Below, piece by piece: positions 37,813 to 48,300 of a DNA stretch of 64,000 nucleotides. Every line of letters begins with the position of its first letter. The stretch's first letter is position 1. The stretch comes from Selaginella moellendorffii (taxonomy: Eukaryota > Plantae > Lycopodiophyta). The stretch lies in the NCBI RefSeq assembly GCF_000143415.4, contig NW_003314268.1:1472672-1536671 (forward strand). Reading direction: 5' to 3'. The position numbers and the translations under genes are program-made. The notes below the pieces were generated by a model. The model saw only the letters and a list, made by a program, of their open reading frames with translations, was not told where the DNA came from and ran no database searches.

Positions 37813-40389
37813 AGGTTCGCAGAGAAGATACTGTTTTTCTTTGGCAACTGTAATTATATGCTCCATTGAAGTCACCTCTTCAATGGAGTTTGTCACCGCA
37901 ACACACGGGACACCCTTGAGTAGTGCGGCTCGAAAGAATAGTCCGCCGCAGTTGTACTCGACAACGCATTTGCCCTTGGAGTCGGAAGCAGGTGACCCAC
38001 CCGCTATTGCGTTGAAGACCCAGCTGAGCATTTCCCATGCTGCACCTGGAGCTTTCTTTGGATTCGAAAGCTCCATAGCCGTCTTTAGTTCCTCAGGCAC
38101 GGGTAAATTGACCTCCCTCAGATCAATTCGATTGGCCTTGTCGAACGAAGCTGGGAAGTCACTCTAGTCCCACTCTGCTGCAGGACCAATAACAAGGGCG
38201 AGTGTGAAGATGCGGACATTCGTCGGTATCTTCTTCTTAGCCATTATCCCATGGATCTCCCGCATCTCCTTGCCTTTCAACCGAGCCTTCACCTCGTTCA
38301 AGGCCTTCCAGAACTTGTGATAGGATTCGGAGTCGTAGATCATATAGTGGACTGAAGATTCCACCTCCGCAAGTCCCACCATTAAGTCAATGATGGAGCT
38401 GACTTCGTCTGCATGAGTGATCTCCTCGTTTGTGAAGTCCATCACACAAAAGATGTTCTTGACCTGCTCATCTCCGCGGGAAACGATGCTCCTCCACCTT
38501 TGATCCTCATCCGAATTCAAGTATACCCGGTAAGGTTCTCGATAGGCCTCTGCTGCGGGGTCGAGCTGTTTCTGAAGCCGGCGGTCGACATCAATCTTAA
38601 TGAAATTTGGATACTGATCCAACTTCTCAGCTTTACTTTTCGTGGCATCCCGTAGCAGATCGATGAACTTGGGGGCCCCCTTCACGTACTCGTCGATGTC
38701 TTCATTTGACAACTCCAGCGCTTCTATCATCTCTTGCGTGGTGTCGATGCTCACCCTCTCCACGACCACTTGCTCGAAGATCCAATCCTTCAATAGCGCA
38801 CGAGCTCTCAGAGTCGTGCACAAGTCCTCGTATGTCACAATATGGCCGGGAGTCATTTTGGTCTTGTTGAAGACTACCTCACCACGTAGAAGAGCATTAG
38901 CCACTGTCAGAAGGTCGTCGTCGTCTAGAGACCGCGAGAAATGCAAGGCGTTGAGCTTCAAATCATTGGGCTTCCGGCCGTCCTCCACACCCATTGAGTT
39001 TGGCAACTCCCCGTCATGGTACCTCCTCAGCACATCTACCCATTTGTCAAAAACAACTTTTGTCGCGAGTAGAATGTTATGGATGCTGAGTGTGTCATTG
39101 ACCCCCAGTGTTTTTGAGAGAAGACTCGAGAATTCCTGCAATGGAAATGGCGTGAGGCCACATGCTATGCCACATGCAACGAGGCTTACCTGCCAGGCGC
39201 TAGTTGCTAGTGCACGTCCTTGTCCTGGTTTTTGTGGCTTCTTCAGTTGAACCCAGAGCTTCCGTGTTCGTGCCAATGTCTCGTGCAGACCCGATTTGTA
39301 GCACGTTTCTTGCTTGACATTCTGCGCGTGGGAGATGTATATGATAGATCGGAGGGGCAAGTTGCCTTTTATCAGGCGGACAACTCTTGTCTTGAAGACT
39401 TTCTTCACCTCCTCGCCCACCATAATATCCACAACTATCTCTTGCATCGCCAAGCTAGAATGCTGCCCGGAGACGGCATAGAACCGGATGTTCTGATCGT
39501 CCAACACCTTCCTATTGATCAAGTCTGGAAACCTCGTCTCGCCCTTCATTGTTCGGTAGTAGGGGATCACGTCTGCGATATCGGGTGTTACTGGACTTGC
39601 CAGCATCTTCTGCTTCAGTTTCTCCACCCACTCATCAGATACTAGCCTGTGGTTGTATTTGCTTTGGATGTCGATACGGCTCACATCGATTGTATATACT
39701 TTGTTGGAATAGTAACAAGTACTATTATCTGCGACGATTTTTGCTGCCTCTTCTTGTTCTTTCTGCTCTTTGCGGCTCTTCTTTTTGGTGGGTGTAGTGT
39801 TCGAACCCGAGGCAATGGCATCACTGAGTAGCTTCTTTTTTGGAGCAGGAGAGTCGGACGTCGGCTTGAGCTTGACCACCCTTTTCTGCTTCGAGGTAGT
39901 TTCCAGATCGACCCCCTTCCCCTTTGCTTCGCGAACTGGAGTCACTCTCAACGGCTCAATGTTGGAATATAGTTTTTGAACATCGCCGTAGGTGAGGTCC
40001 GTGGATTCCATGTGATCTTCATAGACCCGCAGCGTCTTTGAAATTGTGGGCCTCCTGGACAACCTCTCCCTAGCTCCCTCTAGGAATTCCTCATAGCTGC
40101 TGCCCCCCTCCGGGAAGCCGCTAGGATGTGCAAGGTGGATCTTGAAGGCAGACGTTGTCTCTACCACAAGTGCCAGTCCATATTCTTGCATGCAACTGCA
40201 TGGAGTGTCTGTCACTTGGATGAGGATCCCCATGCATTCTTTTCTCCCACCATCTGTGTTGTACAGCCTCAGATCCTCGCCTTCCATCCCGAAAGTCCAA
40301 CTGGTGAGCTCCTCCCCCTTCTCTGCATCCACATTGACAGTGGCTGGAAGAAGAACGCAATTCCTCACCTGTTCAGAAATGCACAACAA
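37813..40389 (-). pseudogene. Large cargo ORF: ParB/DGQHR-like domain plus degenerate N4C/N6A DNA-methyltransferase-like C-terminus
   Basis: 741-aa ORF continues in frame past one TAG (38164-38166) into the 37795-38100 ORF. Motifs YTIDVSRID..RLVSDEWVEKLKQKM...FYAVSGQHSSLA and KKAP...MLSWVF...KCVVEYNCGGLFFRAALLKGVPCVAV. In-frame 54-nt intron at 39189-39136. Confidence 0.55.
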
Positions 40390-41826
40390 TTAGAGCTGAC
40401 AGATGAAAAGCTAGTAGCTGGAAATAACGTGAGGCCACACGCCATTCACCACTGCATCAGATGTCTTGAGGCTGCATCCTAAGATGGCGTGAGGCTACAC
40501 GCCATCTGTAACTGGACTGCACTCGAGAGCCCAATCGGTGCATGCCAATGTTGCTACTGAATGGCATGTGGCCTCATGCCATTTTCTACTTGGCCTAAAA
40601 GACTTACCATTTGAAGCCGAATGGAGGCGTGACAACCGGACTCGCTGGCGAATGTGCACTGTGTGTGCAGCGGATCGTAGCAGCAAGGCTACTCTGCCAC
40701 TTACAGTTGGAGAGTGGCGCTGAAATCTCCCGAGACGCCAAGTGGGCTGCGTGTGGGTGGCGGAGTGGGCGGCGGAGTTGGCGGCGAAGTTACAAACTGG
40801 GTGTGTCTTGAAGTGGACGCCGATGCACACGAGCGCGATGCGAGCGCGAGTGTGATGCAAGCGCGAGTGGACGCCGATGCACACGAGAAACCTGTAGAGA
40901 AGTGGGAGCGCGATGCGAGCGCGAGTACGAAGCAAAATGCAAAACCTAACCTCACACGCGCGAAATGTCACGACGGTTGGTAATCCCGCCACGTCATCAT
41001 TCCTCGGACTTGGGCGCCACCATTAATTTCTGGATCGGCGCGCGCATGTGTGAAATCCAAAAGAAATCCGCAACGTCATCATTCCTCGGACTGCATGCAC
41101 GTGAAATCCAAAAGAAAGATCATGATTGGGATATCATTTAATACCCTCGCTATATTTATACCATGCATGATTGGATATTCCAAAGCATCTTGTATTTCCA
41201 AAAATGCCAGATGTTCAGCTAAATAAATTGTCAGAGGATTTGATGTGACGTTCAAGCGTGTGGGCTCATGCAATTTTGATCCCAAAAAATGCACCAAAAA
41301 ATGCTCGGCGTCATCTGGCGTTATCTCTTGAATGGCGTGGGGCCGCATGCCATTTTCAGGAGCACATAGGAGTATATTCCTAGAATATTCTGACACGCTC
41401 GAGATTGTTTTGAGTTTCCTGGAGATCCAACCGTTAGATCGCAACTAGATTTTACAGAATGGTATACAATGTCCTTCTTGATGACCCTGCAAAGAAGCAT
41501 CTCGATCGGACACCACATGAGACCACACGAACCTTACAATGTTTCAGGGGCATTTGCCATAGATCCGACCGTTATTTTGCTCCAAGATTCTACAGTTTGG
41601 TGTGCATTGACCTTTCCATCGACACTGCAAAGGGACATCACAATCAGATGCAGGATCACAAGAAACCAACTTCACTAACTCTGGTTTCACCAAGATCTAC
41701 ATAAGGAGTTATGAAATGAAAGGACCCTCTCTATTGAAATGTGTTTATGGTCCTAGGGGCATTGTGACATATCAAAGGATTTTGCATCAAGTTCTGTATT
41801 TGCATGTTTATCAAGCTACTGAATTG

Positions 41827-41851
41827 CTAAACCCTAAACCCTAAACCCTAA
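41827..41851 (+). promoter_or_regulatory. Telo-box triplet (AAACCCT)x3 between the divergent transposon genes
   Basis: ctaaaccctaaaccctaaaccctaa is the plant telomeric heptamer. Confidence 0.5.
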
Positions 41852-43144
41852 CTTTAAACATGTGGCAAATGCTGCGTGAAGAAAGATGCCCTTTCTGGGC
41901 AAATGCTGTAAGAGGCAGATTCCGAGCAGATGTATCTCAGGCTAGCGAAGGGGACAAACGAAAGCTAGCTATAAACATGACGGGATGCAAATAGATTACT
42001 AGGCTGGTCCTGCGAAAATCAAAAACCATAATTGAAAACATTGAAAATGCAAAAAGAAAGGTTTATAATATTTTTGAATTTTAAGCAACCAAATGAATGT
42101 AAGTAGGGCATGTGTTTGTAAGTTTAAAAATGCCTCAACCACTTAAATTCCCAAGTAAATAAAGCTGTTTCTATTTTTGGTACAGGTAAACTTTATAATG
42201 TGTGGGCTCATGCAATTTTGAACCCAAAAATGCACCAAAAAATGCTCGACTAGCATTATTCTTTGAATGGCGTGTGGCCTTATATTGCCATAAATGGACG
42301 TACACACACAGCATAATTATTCCTTTACACGGCGAATAATCTTGGCGCGGATCGCTGACATGGCATGGCAAAGTTCGAATCACTGACATGGCACAGCTGG
42401 ATCGAGGCAAGGACATGATGTGACAAAGTTCAACCTCCAACAGCAAAGTCTAGAAGCTACTCAGTTTGAAATTTGTCAGAGGAATCATAAGATCTGGTTT
42501 GTCAGAGGATTTGATGTGACTTTCAAGCGTGTGTTATTTTTGAATTCTCGAACTCATTCCTAGGTCTATCATTTTTGTGCGCCGTGTTCTTGGTTCCGCT
42601 GAGCGCAGTGAGCGCTGCTTGTGTAAGTGGCGTTGTGAGCTGTGGTTTATGCGTCTACAAGCGGTTGCGGCATTGCGAGCGCCATTGTGAGCGGCAGTTT
42701 ATGCGAGTGGCAGTTTGTGCGAGCGGCGCTACGAGCAGTTGCGGTGTTGCGAGCGGCGCTACGAGTAGTTGCGGTGTTGCGAGCGGCACTGTCTTTGGTG
42801 TGGCTACCGCTTCCTCTTGATATTCGGCACTTGTGCTTCCTGGTATGTTCACCATGGAATGGTTTAGGACCACATTTAGAAATGGCATGAGGCCACATGC
42901 CATCTTGGGCCCTTGCAATTTCATGGCTAGCGTATTGTCATGTATGTTTTTACTTGCCTGCAGCTGTGTGTATATCAAGATGGCATGAGGCCTCATGCCA
43001 ATTTTGTGAATGCGAAATTTCACGTGGGTGTCAATAGCATGTTTGAATAATGGCATGTGGCCTCATGCTATTTGGTATATTATGATTTAGGCCATTCTCC
43101 AATCATTTTTTGTATGGTCTTAACTTCTTTTCTGCACTTTCAGA

Positions 43145-45196
43145 ATGGCCTTCAGGGTTGGGGAAAAGGTTTACATTTTGAATGGTGGGAAGAGAGTTGT
43201 AAAAGGGACCCTTGTGTCTATGGATCGGAACTTTGTTATACACTGTCAAAGGCTTGGGGAAGGCAATGCTGCTGTATCAGTAGAGACTGTCTTCGATGGG
43301 AATGTGGTCGCTATTGAACGAGGAGAGATGGTCGTCGGGGTAAATGTTGTTGTTGCCTTAAAAAATCTGCAGAAGAAAGCAGATGTTGGGGACAGCGCAA
43401 GTGCGACGCATGTTCCCTCTGTGGATCTTAAGAACCGTGCTACATGGATTCAGGCAAAGGTGTTTCTAAACAACCCCGAGGGGGAGGTGGTAGCTGAGGG
43501 CTTAGCCACAGTTGTCGATCCAAGAGATGCGGTTGCTAATCAAGAATTGGGCTGGGATGATATTGGAGTTGCGATTTTAGAGGTTGTTGACACAGAAGAA
43601 AATAGTCTGACTATTAGAAGCATTGTGCGGTGGAAATTGAGGCATTTAGTGTTTGAGAATGTGAAGGATTCACAATCAAACACCACTACAACTGATGACA
43701 GAACATCTCTTCATGGGAAAAGAAAGTACACCTTCCTACAGCGCAGCCAAAGGGATCTGAGCAACGAACCGAAAAGGCAGAAAATGGCGATGGAGGTTCG
43801 AATGGTCTCGACAGTTGCTTGTTGCAAGAGGAGGTGCTGTCAACATGCTGATTGGGATGCTATTGAAGAGGAGAGAGCAAGATACAAGACATTGTCCTGG
43901 AAGGCAGCTCGCAATTTTGTGTATGAGGCATTACGGTCATCTGTTGATGCTTCAGAACATCAGGTGGGGGGCATGGTCTTCTAGGGGGGTTTGGTCTGCA
44001 TGAAGGCATGGAGAATCATTTATGGAGTCCCTCGAAGCACATTCTACAGAATCAAAACTGAGTTCGAGGAACAAAGGGTTCAACAGGCAGTCCATGGGAA
44101 CGACGGTACGCACAAAACCAGGGGTCATGTTGTATATGGAGAGGCAATCTTCAAGAGGTTTGTCGACACATGTAGCGAGCAGCAACCACATAAAACCCAC
44201 CTCTTGGAAGATGGAACACGAGACACCCAACGAGTTCTCCCTTCCATGTATACCAAAGGGGCCATATTGGAAGATGTGAATCGGGAACTCCAGAGTAATG
44301 GCTACAGGAAGCTGAGCCAATCTAGATTTAGTAGATTGTGGAGCAATAGGTTCAGGGATGTGAGTATAGGAAAGTACTCCAGCTTTTCAAAGTGTGACGA
44401 GTGCACTGCTATCAAAATGGCTTTGTCGAAGAATTCTTGCAGCGCTCAAGAGCGAGAGACGTTGGTTAGAAGGCGGCTCGACCACAACATCGAGCAGAGA
44501 AGCTGCAGGACTACATATTATCATAACAGGATTCTCTCCATGGAGAGACCTGACTCTTACCTCTGCATCATCCACGACAAAATGGACCAGAAAAAGACGT
44601 GCTTACCTCGACTCAATCCTGCCCCCAAGGCAATCTCTTCATCCATGCAGCTGCCTGTGTCTCTGTTTGGCATAATCGCTCATGGGCATGGTGCCCAGAA
44701 CTATGGGAACTTCTTTGTACCTCTATGGGGTGGCGGGGGTGCAAACATGATGATTGCGTCCCTAGCAAAACACTTAAGGTCTCTGCAAAGTGCGCAGTCT
44801 GCAAAGGAATGGTCGTGCTTGTCAAACCCAGTAATAAAAAACAAATGATATGGGTGGGGCGCTGCATCACTGATGCAGAGGAGGACGCGGAAACTAACTC
44901 CTTCAATGTAACTGTGGAGTGGTTCAAACCAAGTTCCAGATATACGAAGGATTGCCTAGAAAAGAGATGGGTGCTGAATCCAAGGGATCCCAGCATGAGC
45001 ATATCGGTGGATAATGTTGTGCATGGTTGGATGCGGAAGCAGAGTGCCACCATCACCTTGCCAGACCATGCAAGAGATGCAACAAGAGCATTCATAACCC
45101 GGGTTCAAGGTGAGATTCATTAATATTCCTTTACTAAGTTTCTAATGTATTTTATTTCAAGGTGAACAATCCGAATCTGAATCAGAGGAGGCGTGA
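43145..45196 (+). pseudogene. Sola-like transposase, defective (nonsense codon and internal deletion)
   Basis: CCKRRC, VCMKAWRIIYGV.RSTFY, LSQSRFSRLW...F..V.I...S.FSKCDEC, YLCIIHDKMDQKK..LP, HGHG, GANM. In-frame TAG at 43982-43984. Frame switch near 44790 where the remaining catalytic motifs are expected. Predicted last intron 45110-45161. Confidence 0.7.
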
Positions 45197-47168
45197 TGGC
45201 ATGTGGCCCTTTGCACTAGTATATCTTAATACCGGTCTGAGAAATAGAATGGCATGTGCCCTCATGCCTTTTACTAAATCACCTTTGAAAGAAATGCAAG
45301 CCTCTATGTCGTAAAAAAAAGGTACTAGAAAAATTCCTTAATAATATGAATGTTATTTAGTTTCATGAAAATACACTAAGGGTCAAATGAGTTAAATGAC
45401 TTCTCCAGACTAGCAATGCCTCTTGCTACACCTTCACAATTAGATTCGTTAGAAAAAGATAACATTGAATAATATCTAAATGTTCTCACCATTAAGTTAT
45501 ATGTCTGGCTAATAGGAATGACGTTCATCTTGGAAAGCTCACCACACGCTCAATGAACAAACAAATAGTGTGTGCGCGCATGCCATCGCTCTTCTTTAGC
45601 TTCAGATTCGGCTTGTTCACCTTGACAATGAGATTTATTATACAACCAGATGGACTCAGTCTGGACACAAAGTCACCGCGCTAGTCACCATGCCCCAGAT
45701 ATGTCTAGCCCCTGGACAAAAAATATATAATTTCACATCATTTTCAAATACTTGAAAATTTGTACCTAGTCCCATTTTACTGAATAAATCCCACTTTAAC
45801 GAAATAGAGCTTTTTTGCTCCTATCCTTGATTGTTGCACCCAGCAACATAGGATCGCTACCTCCATTTTTGAGGTTTCCTTTCAGTTGCATAGCAAACAC
45901 TTTGCTTTTGCCAAGTCTAGAGGGTCTTCACCCCTAGTACATCTCTTTATCATTTCTGGCTGTGGGCTCTATCCACGGCCTAACTTTTGAGACCCTCCTT
46001 TGGATCTCTTATAGAGACTACTTTCCTCGGACTTACTATGCCATAGCAATGACATAGCTCATTTCCCATAGGTGCTCTTCCCACTTGGTCACCTTGACCA
46101 AGCCACACCATTATCAATAGTTCAAATCAACACTTTGAACTAGGAATCATATCCCTTAACCCAAACAAAGACCTTGTCCTTGTTTAGCCATAAGATCACC
46201 TAGTGATCTCATCTTGACCCCTTAATAGGTCTACCAATAGGAACTAGGTCTTCCAAACCCTTCTAAGTTGACTATGACCCCGGGGGCATCCCCCACACTT
46301 GGCGATGCACCCAAGCCAACCCTTCCGGCCAAGGATCCATAGCAACTGAGACTGGGTGTCCCCATCTCATTCACCACGTCCTTGGTGCCCTTTGCACCAA
46401 AGTGTTCAAATTAGATATGCCAAACTTTCACTCTAAGCAATCTAACCGTGCATAACGACTCCGGGGCATCCCCCGCTTGGCGGTGTGCCCAAGCCAATCT
46501 CCTCATTGAGAGTCTATGACCACCGAAATATGAGTGTCCTCATATTCCAAACCATCACCACGCCCTAGTGATTTGGGACTCGAACCCAAGCACTAGAGGG
46601 TCGGGACTCAAACCCAACCTCCGTGTATGCATCTACGGACGGCATCACACCAGATGCCTGGCGTGACTCCCCACGCCGGTGCACCAACATTTACTTAAAG
46701 TGCACTACAGATCACAGCTTAGGAACCTAGTTCCTCCACACTGCCAAGTCCTCTCACTTGACAAGTCTGTGATCATGCATGGACTCCTCCATGCTTGGCC
46801 CCATGGCCCACCCTTTTTGAAGTAATCACCTTCAACTAGGGTATTTGTTCCCCCGACTTGCCAATCTCGCTTGGCAAGTCCTCCGACCACTGTAACATGG
46901 TTCCTGCATAAGCGTGAAAGTCCTTGACCATCGACTTTCGTTCAAAACCCTCTCTTTGAACACTCGAAAACTACTTCCCTAACCTTGATAGCCTTGCCTC
47001 ATGGCAAGCTTCAAGACCACGCTTCTGCTGCGCCACTTTGATTTCGCGCGTTCCATGAACCATTTACACTTGGCCTTTCTAGGTACTAAGCTACCTAGAA
47101 TCATCTTTGGGAACCTTGAAGGAACTCTGTCCCTTAGCTTGCTAAGGCCTCCCTTTTCGCAAGCTTTA

Positions 47169-48300
47169 TGTAAGCCACAAATTTTTCCTTTCCAATTTGC
47201 CAGCTTACCTCGTCTATCCGACCAACACTGCCTTGGCTTGTGTTAAGTTCCCTCACCAAGGTTCTCGCCTATGGTAACAGCTCCTACTTGGTTATACTTG
47301 GTTTCAGCTACTCACTGCACGAGCAACGGAGTGTTAGCCATCCATCTACGGATTCCCAAATCTCTCCCAATCCCCCTCCCCGGGTTAGACTGGACTTAAG
47401 GTTCGGTTACACTTTCCGCAGGCACAAGCAGCCAAGCACACCAAGCCTCCAGGTTCCTAACACCCCTTGGTACAACAAGGCTTGATCATGGGACCCTCTA
47501 AATCCCAAGCCTTGGGTGCAGCACTTGCTTTGGGACGTCGGGGCGAAACACTGTGGCCTAACGGCCCGGTATAGGTACCTCTACCCCACCACTTCCATCC
47601 CGAAGGGAAGGCCCAAGCCCCTAAGAAGGGCGAGGACCAATGAGCCACAAGGTACTCAAGTGGGGCACCACTCCACATGAGCCAGGAGCACCGCAGTCGG
47701 TTTCCCTTTCGGGAGTGGGAGCTGCTCTTGAGCACTTCCCTGGGTGGCCCCTCCGGCACCACCCAAGCCCATGCTCACTCCCACCCAAGGCCCCTCGGCC
47801 CCAGTCTCAACCTCAAGTCAGTTTGGAAGCACCACTGGAGAGTTCCTTCAAGACTGGTTCCTGGACTTCACTATCCCTACTATACTTTTGGAACCCCCTG
47901 CAGCCCCCCCCCTGGGAGACGTACACTTTGGGCTTTCACCCCTTGAGCTGTATTAGTATTTGGACTTAGTCTCAAAGTCGATCTCGGACTCGATCTCAGA
48001 CCCAACTTCGGACTCGGTCTCGGACTCGATTTCAGACTCGATCTCGGACCCGATCTCAGATTCAACTTCGGACTCGACCTCGGACCCGATTTGGATCTCG
48101 GACTCTGTCTCGAACTCGGTCTCGAACTCAATTTCCGATTCGGTCTCAGACTCGATCCCGGACTCTATCTCAGACTCGGTCTCAGAGTCGGTCTTGGACT
48201 CGATCTTCGACTTGGTCCCATCCGATGAACTCTTTGTCATTTCGGTCATGCTTTCGGGGATCCTTTAGCCTTCGACACCTCGAGGAGTCGGTTCCTTACA
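47169..48300 (-). mobile_element. Solo LTR of family A inserted in element B
   Basis: TGTAAG...CTTACA flanked by a perfect TSD CTTTA on both sides. Confidence 0.93.

Larger units (their letters stand above)
34655..45586. repeat. Dispersed 22-bp palindrome family ATGGCRTGWGGCCWCAYGCCAT (about 19 copies)
   Basis: Starts at 34655, 34947, 36024, 36099, 37316, 37507, 37648, 39147, 40424, 40484, 40561, 41332, 42267, 42882, 42980, 43050, 45196, 45249 and 45565 (some degenerate). Confidence 0.88.
34561..45812. mobile_element. 11.25-kb cut-and-paste DNA transposon (Sola-like) with cargo genes
   Basis: Perfect 24-bp TIRs AAGCTCTATTTCGTTAAAGTGGGA (34561-34584 and 45789-45812) with a TTTT TSD. The empty site ttagtcTTTTgctcctatcc is seen in the paralogous B copy at 54401-54420. 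Confidence 0.92.

Noticed and set aside
41827-41851. Telomere or chromosome fusion scar
   Set aside because: Only three repeat units, which is ordinary telo-box size.
34655-45586. Palindromic repeats as a CRISPR array
   Set aside because: Spacing is irregular (tens of bp to kb), there are no uniform spacers or cas genes, and the context is eukaryotic.
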